This document shows, one piece after another, positions 16,996-26,705 of a DNA stretch of 31,927 nt (positions within the stretch are counted from its first letter, which is position 1; the number at the start of each line of letters is the position of its first letter). The translations under genes and the position numbers were made by a program. The notes below the pieces were generated by a model that was given only the letters and a program-made list of their open reading frames with translations, did not search any database and was not told the DNA's origin. The stretch is from Candidatus Heimdallarchaeota archaeon (GTDB taxonomy: Archaea > Asgardarchaeota > Heimdallarchaeia > Heimdallarchaeales > Kariarchaeaceae): positions 1 through 31,927 of the forward strand of contig WAKA01000222.1 in the NCBI GenBank assembly GCA_015523565.1. The letters run 5' to 3'.

Positions 16996-19011
16996 ATGAG
17001 CTTTGACAGAAGGGAATTATTTGGTGAATTAGCCAATAAAATCGGTGCAGAAGACATTACAGACCCATTTGAACTTCTCAAAAGAGGGGATGAGGAATCC
17101 CAAAAAGGAAATCATGGCAAGGCCAAGGAATTTTATGAAAAAGCAATAGCAACAGGCAAGGCAAAAGCAGAGCGTTTTGAAAGCAACAACCAGCATCGGT
17201 CTGCCGCAGAAATGAATTATGCGCGGGCTCTTGCCAATTTAAGACTAAATAAGACTGAAGCCGCCATGGCACTTTACTCAAAAATTGGAACACAATTGAT
17301 AGAAGGGGGGAAGAATTACATTGAATTGTACAAGGAGTATCAAGACGGGGTAATTTTGATTACATTGGGTGGACTGGTTTATGTCCTGCAGGATCGGGTT
17401 GAAGATGCCAAGAACCTGTACTTGACAATGATCAATGAAATTGAACAAAAAGGTCAAACAGGTGAAATTCAACAAGGTCTGGCCCAATTAAAGGAAACCC
17501 TCTGGACAGTTGGTTATATCATAAAGGCAATTCAAGATGTTGACCATAGTGCCCTCCAAAGTGCCCAACAATTAATTTCGAAGTCCATCAAACCAAACCT
17601 GAAAAAAGCAAAAGTTGCTGGAATGGAGCCATTATTGGACGAGGTGGTCAATTATACCCTGAATTACTTCCAAAGTCAAATTAAACTCCCACGGATTGTC
17701 ATTCGATCCACCATCCCCCCTGAAATGGTAGCAAATGAAATTTTTGAAATCAAATTTGATATTGAAAACAAAGGTGAAGGCGAAGCAAATTCCCTTGTCA
17801 TGGAAATGGAATTCCCCAACGACCTTGAACTGGTTGACGGATCACCCTCTGTTTCCTACGAAAAATTGGTCCCAAATCAACAATTAACCCAATCATATTC
17901 ATTGCGGTACCAAACAAGTATTGAAGAGGATCGCGAGTTTCAACTTCAAGGAAAACTATCCTACAAGGATATGCTCAATAATGAACAAGTTCAATTTATA
18001 GGTCCTATCCCACTGGAAATCAACGCGAAAAGCAAGAAAGATGAATTCACCTCCATATTGTCAGATAAACTTTCAAAATGGAACGAGATGAAAGAAAAGG
18101 GGTTCGCAGAATTAATCCCCTCTGAATTGGTTGATTCAATACAAACGTTGGTTGACAAGACCAAGTCACAGATTGAAACACTTATTGAAAACTCTCAATA
18201 CGAAAAAGCTGAAGCAATGTTCAGCACATTTGATACAATTCTCGAGTGGGTTGAAGAAAGCATAAGGGAAGGTGTTGTTGCCAAAAGACTACTAGATGCA
18301 ATCAAGAAAGGACAAGAGGCTTATGCCGAGGAAAAAGTAAGGGAAGCAGAAGAAAAACACAATCAAGAAATGGAAAAAACCATTGAACGGATAAATTCAA
18401 TGAAGGAAGAAGAAAAACAAGAGGCTCTTACAAAACAGGAAGCTGAACTAGAACGAAAATGGAAACAAGAAATTGAAAATCTAAAAGCTGAGCACCAACA
18501 AGAACTTGACAACCTCAAGGGCGAACATGAAAAACAACTTAAAATGAAATTAATTGAACTTGAAGAGGCACTGAATGAGAAACATCGAAAAGAAATTGAT
18601 GAAATCAATGAGAAAAATGAGAAAGGCATCAGAGAAATCCAACAAGAATACCAAAACGAATTGGAAACAAAAGTAGAGGAAGCAAAGCAACAAATAGAAG
18701 AAAAGTATGAGAAACAAATCAAAGAGCTGAAACAGAGTTTCGAAGAAGAAAAAAGACAGCTCATTGAACGCATGACAGAAGAAAAAGAAAATGAAATTCA
18801 AAGTTTAACTGCAAAATTTGAAGTGGAAAAAGAAAAATTGAAACAGGACTTGCGAAATGAATTTGAAGAAGAAAAGGAACAGGCAATCAATAAGGCATTG
18901 GAAGAAGCTTCAGAAAGCCAAGCCCGTGCATTCAAAGTAAAAGAAAATGAATATAAGGAAAAAATCGCCGAACTTGAACGAAGAGTGGCAAGATTAGAAA
19001 GCGGTGAATAA
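16996..19011 (+). CDS. TPR/SNAP-like solenoid + Ig-like domain + long C-terminal coiled coil protein
   Basis: Helical repeats in the first ~230 aa ('KAKEFYEKAI'), Ig-like segment 'FEIKFDIENKGEGEA...LSYKD', then an E/K/Q-rich heptad coiled coil of ~230 aa. Confidence 0.75.
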   Translation: MSFDRRELFGELANKIGAEDITDPFELLKRGDEESQKGNHGKAKEFYEKAIATGKAKAERFESNNQHRSAAEMNYARALANLRLNKTEAAMALYSKIGTQLIEGGKNYIELYKEYQDGVILITLGGLVYVLQDRVEDAKNLYLTMINEIEQKGQTGEIQQGLAQLKETLWTVGYIIKAIQDVDHSALQSAQQLISKSIKPNLKKAKVAGMEPLLDEVVNYTLNYFQSQIKLPRIVIRSTIPPEMVANEIFEIKFDIENKGEGEANSLVMEMEFPNDLELVDGSPSVSYEKLVPNQQLTQSYSLRYQTSIEEDREFQLQGKLSYKDMLNNEQVQFIGPIPLEINAKSKKDEFTSILSDKLSKWNEMKEKGFAELIPSELVDSIQTLVDKTKSQIETLIENSQYEKAEAMFSTFDTILEWVEESIREGVVAKRLLDAIKKGQEAYAEEKVREAEEKHNQEMEKTIERINSMKEEEKQEALTKQEAELERKWKQEIENLKAEHQQELDNLKGEHEKQLKMKLIELEEALNEKHRKEIDEINEKNEKGIREIQQEYQNELETKVEEAKQQIEEKYEKQIKELKQSFEEEKRQLIERMTEEKENEIQSLTAKFEVEKEKLKQDLRNEFEEEKEQAINKALEEASESQARAFKVKENEYKEKIAELERRVARLESGE

Positions 19012-19111
19012 ATGGCAATTCCCTTTATTCATAAACTCAATTTATGTTGAGATAATGTCAAAAACAGAAAATTAAACATATCATTAAAAATAATTCAATA
19101 GATATTCTCTT

Positions 19112-19705
19112 ATGATAAAACCATGGTTGCCACAGCAAGACGATTTTTCTGATTTGCCTCCTGTTGCCCAATTGGCATCAGATGATGTTATCTTATGGAA
19201 TTATGTGGCGGCTTCGGCATTATATGCATATGGTTTTTTTGGAAAGGCATTGGGCGAGCGAAAAATTTCCCCAACTTATGTTCCAAGACCTTTTGTCCTT
19301 TCTTATTTTGATACCCTTTATCTTCTGGAACATAGCATTATCCGTCTTGTGGATGAAGACGGAAAAATCATGGATGCAAACAAGTTCTTGGAATTTGCAA
19401 ATGACAAGTATGAGGACTTTGAGACAAAATATCATTTCTATAAAATTCTGAGAAAGAAGAAATATGTCCCCCGTCCAGGAATGAAATTCGGATCGGATTT
19501 CATTGTCTATTCTAAAGGGCCGGGTCTTGAACATTCTGAATGGGTATTTCATGTTGAAAAAGAAAATACAAAAATCAGAGCCATTCATGTTGTTCGTGCA
19601 GGAAGGCTTGCCGCTTCAGTAAGGAAGAAATACATGATTGCTGTTCATGACGAATCTGACAAACATAATGCAAAATTTTTTGTGTTTGAGAGAATTAAGA
19701 TTTGA
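19112..19705 (+). CDS. endA: tRNA-splicing (intron) endonuclease, catalytic subunit
   Basis: 'GMKFGSDFIVYSKGPGLEHS' (catalytic Tyr and His) and 'RLAASVRKK' (catalytic Lys). Confidence 0.93.
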   Translation: MIKPWLPQQDDFSDLPPVAQLASDDVILWNYVAASALYAYGFFGKALGERKISPTYVPRPFVLSYFDTLYLLEHSIIRLVDEDGKIMDANKFLEFANDKYEDFETKYHFYKILRKKKYVPRPGMKFGSDFIVYSKGPGLEHSEWVFHVEKENTKIRAIHVVRAGRLAASVRKKYMIAVHDESDKHNAKFFVFERIKI

Positions 19706-19839
19706 ATTAATGATTTTTCTAGAAAATCCTTTGATATTGATCTAATCACTCTGTTTTCATATATTTGCCCCTTTTTTCATGTACAATAAGGTGTAGTTTT
19801 TTATACAATAACGTTGAAAATTATCATGCAGATTGTGCT

Positions 19840-21027
19840 ATGAGCGACCTTGAGAGTTACATTGATAAAGTATTGCAAGACAGCCAAGATTTTCAAAAAA
19901 TTAAGAAATTAGCAATTGAAATAAATGAGGTTGGAAGTAGGGTTGCTGATTTTGTAACATCCATCAAGCCAAAATTAAGACAAATAAATTCTCATTTAAT
20001 GGATCTTGAAGAAGAATTTGACAATCTTGTTGTAAAATTAGCCAAAACTCCACCCCAGTTTATTTCAGTGCCTCCACTTAAAATTTTAGGGGATATGCCC
20101 GCACCTCCTCCTAGTGCAAGTGTATCACAACCCCAAGCTTCCCCCTCTACACCAACGACAAGTATTCCAAATTTACCATCCCCTGCTGTTACAGCATCTC
20201 CTGCCCCTGTCCATGCACCTAATTTGGGTGGAGCTTCCAGTGGCGGACCCAATTTGGGCGGAGCTCCCAGTGGCGGACCCAATCTGGGCGGAGCTTCCAG
20301 TGGCGGATCCAATTTGGGCGGAGCTCCCAGTGGTGGACCCAATTTGGGCGGTGCTCCCAGTGGTGGTCCCAATTTGGGCGGTGCTCCCCGCGGTGGTCCC
20401 AATTTGGGTGGTGCTCCCCGCGGTGGTTCCAATTTGGGTGGTGCTCCCAGTGGTGGTCCCAATTTGGGTGGTGCTCCCCGCGGTGGTCCCAATTTGGGTG
20501 GTGCTCCCCGCGGTGGTCCCAATTTGGGCGGTGCTCCCCGCGGTGGACCCAATTTGGGCGGTGCTCCCAGTGGCGGTCCCAATTTGGGTGCCGGTCCTAA
20601 ACCTGCAAGTCCTGCACCAATGGGTGGTCCAGGGATGATTGGTGCAGATGACCTGAAATCTGCATTGAGTAGTCTTAAAAAGGTCTCCCCTGAAGAAAAA
20701 TCTAAACCTGCAAGTACTCCTCCTCCACTTGGTGGTGGTGGCATGTTTTCAGAAGATGCCATCAAAGGTGCCTTAAGTAGCCTGAAAAAAGTTCCAAAGG
20801 AGGAACGAAAGGAAGTTACTGGAATAAGCTCTCCTGTAGGTATCTCTGAAGGTGTAATCAAAAGTGCCCTTAGTAGTCTAAAAAGTGTCAAGAAAAAAGA
20901 AGAAAAGAAATCCAAAAAATCCGAAGATGAGGATGATGTCTTGAGCAAAGAGGCAAATGTTGAGGAAATGTCTGCTGAAGAAATGAAAAGTCTCCTTCAA
21001 GAAAAACTGAAAGCTGCGTTCAAATAA
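19840..21027 (+). CDS. Coiled-coil / Pro-rich / Gly-repeat protein with three WH2-like motifs
   Basis: ATG at 19840; N-terminal coiled coil, P/S/T-rich tract, 12 x PNLGGAP[SR]GG, three [LI]K[SG]ALSSLK[KS]V motifs, acidic patch, C-terminal amphipathic helix. Confidence 0.8.
   Translation: MSDLESYIDKVLQDSQDFQKIKKLAIEINEVGSRVADFVTSIKPKLRQINSHLMDLEEEFDNLVVKLAKTPPQFISVPPLKILGDMPAPPPSASVSQPQASPSTPTTSIPNLPSPAVTASPAPVHAPNLGGASSGGPNLGGAPSGGPNLGGASSGGSNLGGAPSGGPNLGGAPSGGPNLGGAPRGGPNLGGAPRGGSNLGGAPSGGPNLGGAPRGGPNLGGAPRGGPNLGGAPRGGPNLGGAPSGGPNLGAGPKPASPAPMGGPGMIGADDLKSALSSLKKVSPEEKSKPASTPPPLGGGGMFSEDAIKGALSSLKKVPKEERKEVTGISSPVGISEGVIKSALSSLKSVKKKEEKKSKKSEDEDDVLSKEANVEEMSAEEMKSLLQEKLKAAFK
20218..20591 (+). 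repeat. 30-bp coding tandem repeat, 12 full units plus a partial unit
   Basis: Units begin aat(t/c)tggg every 30 bp from 20221 to 20581; consensus ccc aat ttg ggy ggw gct ccc mgy ggy ggw; no spacers. Confidence 0.97.
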
Positions 21028-21062
21028 TCCTTAGATTTTTAATTTCTGTAAATTTGCTAAAT

Positions 21063-21875
21063 ATGATGATTGATTTTTTATTTTATGTGTTATTGGGCGT
21101 TGTACAAGGGATCGCAGAATGGTTGCCAGTTTCTTCAGAAGGTATGCTTACTTTAGTTGGATTGGCCTTTGGGTATGACTTTTCACAATCAATCCGTATT
21201 GCCATATGGATCCATCTTGGTACTCTAATTGCTGCTGTTATTTACTATTTTGAGGATTGGAAACGTATTTTGTTGGATATTCGAAATTCTGTTCCCGAAA
21301 GAAATTTTCTAATCATTACTACAATAGGTACAGCTGTTACAGGCATTCCAATTAAAATTTGGGTATTAGACGCATTGGACGCAGATATAATGTCTGTATT
21401 GGGCTATCTAGTCATCGGGATTGCATTGTTGGTTACATCTGCCTTAATATATTTCTCTCGAAAGACATTTGAAACCAATCTCAAGGAAATTAAGGATCTC
21501 TCTTTTTTTGAGCAATTTCTTATTGGTATTGCTCAGGGGTTTACAATAATCCCTGGTATTAGTAGATCAGGTACCACTGTTTCTGCATTGCTCCTTGAAA
21601 AAGTTGATTCAGAGGAATCATTCCGTGGGTCTTTCTTAATGTCAGTTCCTGCAGTTTTAGGTGGTGTTGTCCTCGACATCATTGATATTTCCCAATCAAC
21701 TTCGAATGTGTCTTACAATATTGGTGGCATTATAATTGGAATTCTTCTCGCCTTTATTTTTGGAATCCTGACAATTCACACACTCATTAATTTTGCAAGG
21801 AAAATAAATTTTGCAACCTTTACATTCATTTTTGGTGTAATCCTTATTATAATTGGGCTGGTTCTTATCCTATAA
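21063..21875 (+). CDS. uppP: Undecaprenyl/polyprenyl-diphosphate phosphatase (BacA family)
   Basis: 'QGIAEWLPVSSEG', 'HLGT' and 'PGISRSG'; multi-pass membrane protein. Confidence 0.93.
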   Translation: MMIDFLFYVLLGVVQGIAEWLPVSSEGMLTLVGLAFGYDFSQSIRIAIWIHLGTLIAAVIYYFEDWKRILLDIRNSVPERNFLIITTIGTAVTGIPIKIWVLDALDADIMSVLGYLVIGIALLVTSALIYFSRKTFETNLKEIKDLSFFEQFLIGIAQGFTIIPGISRSGTTVSALLLEKVDSEESFRGSFLMSVPAVLGGVVLDIIDISQSTSNVSYNIGGIIIGILLAFIFGILTIHTLINFARKINFATFTFIFGVILIIIGLVLIL

Positions 21876-21877
21876 TT

Positions 21878-24800
21878 TTAGAGGTTTCTTCTATATTCAC
21901 CTCCAACCTTGTATAGGGCGTGACTTATCTGACCCAATGAACATACTTGCACAGTATTCAATAATTCCTCAAAAATATTTCCCCCTTCAATGGCAACCTG
22001 TTGAAGTTTTCTTAATGCCTGTTCAGATTTGTCTTTATGTTTGTCGTGAAATTCCCTTAATCTTCTGATTTGCATGTCTTTTTCTTCTTTTGTAGCCCTG
22101 ATCAATTCATTGACCTCTAATTCATTTGATTTCCTGTTTGGATTGAGGAATGTATTGACTCCAATTATTGGCAGTTGTCCCGTATTTTTGAGTGTTTCAT
22201 AATATAGGGATTCCTCTTGGATTTTACTTCGCTGGTATTGGGTTTCCATTGCTCCCAAAACCCCTCCTCTTGCGGTCAATCTATCAAATTCTGCAAGAAT
22301 GGCTTCTTCCACAAGTTCAGTCAATTCTTGAATAATAAATGCGCCTTGGTTCGGATTTTCATTCTTGGCTACTCCAAATTCACGATTGATAATTAACTGG
22401 ATTGCCATCGCCCGTCTTACAGATTCTTCAGTGGGTGTGGTTATTGCCTCATCATAAGCATTTGTATGTAGAGAATTGCAGTTGTCATAAATCGCTAATA
22501 ATGCCTGCAGTGTTGTTCTGATGTCATTAAAGTCAACTTCTTGGGCATGAAGGCTTCTTCCTGATGTCTGTATATGATATTTCAACATTTGACTTCTTTT
22601 GTTTCCTTTGTACTTATTTTTGACTGCAATTGCCCAAATACGTCTTGCGACCCTTCCTATGACGCTATATTCTGGATCAAGCCCATTGCTGAAGAAAAAT
22701 GAGAAATTGGGTGCGAAATCATCAATATGCAATCCTCTAGAGAGATAATATTCCAGATATGTAAATCCATTTGCAAGAGTAAATGCGACCTGTGTTATGG
22801 GATTTGCTCCAGCTTCTGCGATGTGGTATCCTGAAATGGAAACTGAGTAATAGTTCTTCACGTTGTTTTCAACGAAATACTGCTGGATATCTCCCATCAT
22901 CCTTAAGGAGAAATCTATTGAAAAGATACAGGTATTCTGGGCTTGATCCTCTTTAAGGATGTCTGCCTGTACCGTTCCCCTGACAACAGATATTGTCCGT
23001 TTTTTAATTTCCTCGTATATATTGTCAGGAATTAATTTTCTAATTTCTTCCCAGGGCTTTAGTTCTGGTGTATTTTCATCAACAATCCACCATTCACCAC
23101 TATGTACATTGAACCCATATCTCCCATCTCCTGTCCTGACAAAAGCTTCTGCCGGTTTAAGTAGTCCTTGTTCGACAACCCATTTCCTGCATTGCTGACG
23201 GATGGCTGTATTGAAGAAAAATGCAAGCATAATCGGTGCAGGACCGTTAATTGTCATACTAACGGAAGTTGACGGATCACAGAGATCAAATCCTGCATAC
23301 AGTCTTTCCATGTCTTCAATGGTACAAATGGAAACTCCGCTTTCCCCTACCTTTCCATAAATGTCTGGTCTTTCATCAGGGTCTTCACCATATAATGTGA
23401 CTGAATCAAAAGCTGTACTAAGTCGTGCTGCCTTTGAATCTTTGGAAAGGTAATGAAATCTCTTGTTTGTCCTTTCTGGAGGTCCTTCTCCTGCAAACAT
23501 CCTTGTGGGGTCTTCAAATGTTCGTTTGAATGGATATACCCCTGCTGTAAAGGGAAAAGTGCCAGGGACATTTTCAAGCAGTTGCCATTCTAAAATCTCC
23601 CCCCAATCCTTAAAGTTGGGCAAGGAAACTTTTGGTATTCGTTGGTGGGAGAGCGATTCAGTAAATGTCTGAACCCTTATTTCTCTTCCTCTAACTAGAT
23701 AAACAAATTCATCATTAGAATATTTCTTCTTTAATTCTTCCCAATTTTCTATCAATTTGCGGTTTTCTGGTGTCAGTTGGCTCTTGTACCATTCAATTTG
23801 TTGATCCAATAATTCCAGCATTCCTTCTGGAATATTCTCGATAAACGGAGGTCTTGGTTCATCACTCCTTGGATCAATTGGTTCATTCGCTTTCAGGATG
23901 GATTTCTTGACCTCCTCTAACTGCCACCATTTTCTCGCAAATTCTGCCTGCTGTCGAGCCCATTCCTTATATGTTCGTACTGTATCCGCAATTTCAGACA
24001 AATACCTTATCCTGTTTGGGGGAATGATATTGTCTTGTTGTGGAAGTCCTATGGGGAAATCTGCCAATTCCATCAATTGGGAATTGAAGGAAAGGTCTGG
24101 GAAACGTTCATTGATTATCCCCACTAAATGGAGATAAAGGGAATTAACGCCTGCATCATTAAACTTGCTTGCTCTTGTTCCAAATACGGGAAGTTTTTCA
24201 TCTGGATACTTTTCAATGTCAAATAACTTCCTTGATCTCCTGTATTGTTTCCGTACATCCCTCAATGCATCAAGCGAGCCTTGTCTCTCAAATTTATTGA
24301 TGACGATGATGTCTGCAAAGTCAATCATGTCAATCTTTTCCAGTTGGGTGGATGCACCATAGTCTGAAGTCATGACATACAACGAAATGTCACTTAAATC
24401 AACAATTTCTGTCCCAGATTGCCCAATGCCCGATGTTTCCACTATGATGACATCATATCCAACAAACTTGCAAATGTCCACTGCCTCATCTGCGGCCTTG
24501 CTAACTGCCAAATTTGCCTGTCTTGTCGCCAATGATCGCATATAGATGTTGTCTGTGTGGCTCAATGTATTCATTCTGATTCGGTCGGCAAGTAATGCCC
24601 CGCCTGTCTTGCGTTTTGACGGATCAATTGATATGATTGCCAATGTCTTGTCCGGAAAGTCCATGAGAAATCTTCTTGCCAGCTCATCTGTCAATGATGA
24701 CTTTCCTGCACCTCCAGTCCCTGTAATGCCAATGACAGGCACACGTTTTTTTCTTCCCTTTTCCAATATTTTCATGTCTTCCAAAAGATTGTTTTCAGCC

Positions 24801-25327
24801 TTTGTAATAGTCCCCGCGGTATATCGCCATTCCTCTTCCAATATTTTTGGATCAAACTCTTTTGGTGAATATTTACTGGTGTCAAAATCACACTCTTTGA
24901 GAATATAGTTGATCATCCCCTGTAATCCCATCTCCCTGCCGTCATCAGGGGAAAATATCTTTGAAATGCCATAGGCTTCCAATTCCTCAATTTCATGTGG
25001 AACAATGACACCTCCTCCACCACCAAAAATCTTGATGTGATCTGCATTGAACTTTCGCAACAAATCCTTCATATATTTGAAAAATTCCATGTGTCCGCCC
25101 TGATAGCTGGAAACTGCAATACCCTGTACATCTTCCTGCAAAGCCGCTTTCACTATGTCCATAACGCTTCGATTGTGTCCTAGATGAATAACCTCTGCCC
25201 CTGAATCCTGCAATATTCTTCGCATGATGTTAATTGCCGCATCATGGCCGTCAAACAGTGACGCCGCAGTCACTATACGAATTGCATGTTTTGATTTGTA
25301 GACCTCAGGCTCAGCAAATGTTTGCAT
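21878..25327 (-). CDS. icmF: Fused isobutyryl-CoA mutase / MeaI GTPase chaperone
   Basis: B12-binding '[16 protein letters not shown]', P-loop 'GTGGAGKSS', mutase 'TRMFAGEG' (Phe) and '[13 protein letters not shown]' (Gln), the IcmF specificity residues. Confidence 0.95.
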   Translation of the reverse strand: MQTFAEPEVYKSKHAIRIVTAASLFDGHDAAINIMRRILQDSGAEVIHLGHNRSVMDIVKAALQEDVQGIAVSSYQGGHMEFFKYMKDLLRKFNADHIKIFGGGGGVIVPHEIEELEAYGISKIFSPDDGREMGLQGMINYILKECDFDTSKYSPKEFDPKILEEEWRYTAGTITKAENNLLEDMKILEKGRKKRVPVIGITGTGGAGKSSLTDELARRFLMDFPDKTLAIISIDPSKRKTGGALLADRIRMNTLSHTDNIYMRSLATRQANLAVSKAADEAVDICKFVGYDVIIVETSGIGQSGTEIVDLSDISLYVMTSDYGASTQLEKIDMIDFADIIVINKFERQGSLDALRDVRKQYRRSRKLFDIEKYPDEKLPVFGTRASKFNDAGVNSLYLHLVGIINERFPDLSFNSQLMELADFPIGLPQQDNIIPPNRIRYLSEIADTVRTYKEWARQQAEFARKWWQLEEVKKSILKANEPIDPRSDEPRPPFIENIPEGMLELLDQQIEWYKSQLTPENRKLIENWEELKKKYSNDEFVYLVRGREIRVQTFTESLSHQRIPKVSLPNFKDWGEILEWQLLENVPGTFPFTAGVYPFKRTFEDPTRMFAGEGPPERTNKRFHYLSKDSKAARLSTAFDSVTLYGEDPDERPDIYGKVGESGVSICTIEDMERLYAGFDLCDPSTSVSMTINGPAPIMLAFFFNTAIRQQCRKWVVEQGLLKPAEAFVRTGDGRYGFNVHSGEWWIVDENTPELKPWEEIRKLIPDNIYEEIKKRTISVVRGTVQADILKEDQAQNTCIFSIDFSLRMMGDIQQYFVENNVKNYYSVSISGYHIAEAGANPITQVAFTLANGFTYLEYYLSRGLHIDDFAPNFSFFFSNGLDPEYSVIGRVARRIWAIAVKNKYKGNKRSQMLKYHIQTSGRSLHAQEVDFNDIRTTLQALLAIYDNCNSLHTNAYDEAITTPTEESVRRAMAIQLIINREFGVAKNENPNQGAFIIQELTELVEEAILAEFDRLTARGGVLGAMETQYQRSKIQEESLYYETLKNTGQLPIIGVNTFLNPNRKSNELEVNELIRATKEEKDMQIRRLREFHDKHKDKSEQALRKLQQVAIEGGNIFEELLNTVQVCSLGQISHALYKVGGEYRRNL

Positions 25328-25407
25328 AATAATCAAATCACTTTTGTCATCATTTTAAAAAATGGTTTGGTTCTGTAATTGCAAAATCGCACACTCTCTC
25401 CCTTTGG

Positions 25408-25646
25408 CGCGTAAAGGATTTTGACCTTACAGGCTCTTCTCTCCCTTATTTTATGTTTTCTGATTTTCCAATTCGCGCCATTTAATTCTTAACCATTGTA
25501 AATTCAAAATTTCTTGGTATTTTCCCATGTGAAAAAAGCATGTTGATACCGCGAAATAATGAAATACAATTGGTTAATCAATTTATTTAAAATATAATTC
25601 TCGCGATAATTTAACAATTGATTAATTTCCGCGAGGTTTATATAAG
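25408..25646 (+). promoter_or_regulatory. Putative methyltransferase promoter: TATA box with clustered CGCG sites
   Basis: TTTATATA at 25637-25644; CGCG at 25408, 25474, 25550, 25602 and 25630; 10-bp inverted repeat TTAATCAATT (25574) / AATTGATTAA (25616). Confidence 0.55.
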
Positions 25647-25695
25647 CAAATGTGGGGGTAGCCTTACCGAAAGATATACACTGTGCGTGAAAGCC

Positions 25696-26637
25696 ATGGG
25701 AAAACGGACAAAAACCAGTACATTTGGAGCATCAAAACGCGAAAATCATGATTCCTCTTTTTTCTATGAATCAAAGCTTTATAGTGAAGTTCCTGTTGCT
25801 CCAACTTATAGACCCTCAAACCAAGGAAATCAATTGCCTGAACATCTCGTCAATACAATTGTCCAAGCGGATGCAAGAGATCTTTCATTCATTCCTGACG
25901 AAACTTTACATCTTGTTGTCACCTCTCCCCCTTACAATACCAGAAAAGAATATGACAAAAACCTTTCCCTTTCAGAATATCTCAGCCTTATCAGGGATGT
26001 TTTTTCAGAAATCTATCCCAAGCTTGTTGATGGGGGTAGAGTGGCAATAAATATTGCAAACATAGGAAGAAAACCATATATCCCCCTTACAGATTATGTA
26101 TCCCAAATCATGTCTGACATTGGATATTTTCAACGGGGGGAAATCATATGGGACAAGGGGGCAAGCGCGGGATCAAGTACTGCATGGGGTTCTTGGCTAA
26201 GCGCTTCCAACCCAACCTTGAGAGACGTGCATGAATACATTCTAGTTTTTTCAAAAGGTACAATGAAACGATCCAAAAAGAATAGGACAACAACCATTTC
26301 CCGAAATGAATTTATGGAATTTACAAAATCTGTTTGGTCCTTCCCCACCACCTCGGCTAAACGCATTGGTCATCCCGCTCCCTTTCCAATTGAGCTTCCC
26401 TATAGATTGATCCAACTGTATTCTTTCAAGGAGGATGTGATATTTGATCCCTTCATGGGAAGCGGAACTACTGCCATTGCCGCTCTGCATACAGAACGTA
26501 CGTTTGTAGGTGTGGAAATCAATCAAAAATACATTGACCTGGCAATGGAAAGGATTGAGGCATCAAAATTAAAACTCAAATATCCCCGTCTTACTTCTGA
26601 AAGTTCTAAGAACAACGAATTAAATATTGCAAGCTAA
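25696..26637 (+). CDS. Orphan beta-class DNA methyltransferase (probably N4-cytosine)
   Basis: Motif IV 'VTSPPY' precedes 'HPAPFP' and motif I 'DPFMGSGTT' (beta order); no adjacent endonuclease. Confidence 0.92.
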   Translation: MGKRTKTSTFGASKRENHDSSFFYESKLYSEVPVAPTYRPSNQGNQLPEHLVNTIVQADARDLSFIPDETLHLVVTSPPYNTRKEYDKNLSLSEYLSLIRDVFSEIYPKLVDGGRVAINIANIGRKPYIPLTDYVSQIMSDIGYFQRGEIIWDKGASAGSSTAWGSWLSASNPTLRDVHEYILVFSKGTMKRSKKNRTTTISRNEFMEFTKSVWSFPTTSAKRIGHPAPFPIELPYRLIQLYSFKEDVIFDPFMGSGTTAIAALHTERTFVGVEINQKYIDLAMERIEASKLKLKYPRLTSESSKNNELNIAS

Positions 26638-26705
26638 AAATTCCAAATCATATGATTAAATTTTATTATTAAATTGAAAATTCTTATTTTTATTAAGGAA
26701 AAAAT

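Noticed and set aside
18363-18801. Antisense ORFs rich in Ser and Phe
   Set aside because: Mirror of the GAA/AAA-rich coiled-coil coding strand.
19012-19839. tRNA gene near endA
   Set aside because: Flanking intergenic DNA is AT-rich, with no cloverleaf or T-loop GTTCRA motif.
20218-20591. 30-bp repeat array as a CRISPR
   Set aside because: Units are contiguous with no unique spacers, in frame within a CDS, and no cas genes are present.
19992-20948. 318-aa antisense ORF and 174-aa alternate-frame ORF (20114-20638)
   Set aside because: Stop-free shadows of the GC-rich 30-bp repeat; the + frame carries the coherent domain architecture.
25696-26637. Type II restriction-modification system
   Set aside because: The neighbours are icmF and a protease; no endonuclease ORF is adjacent.
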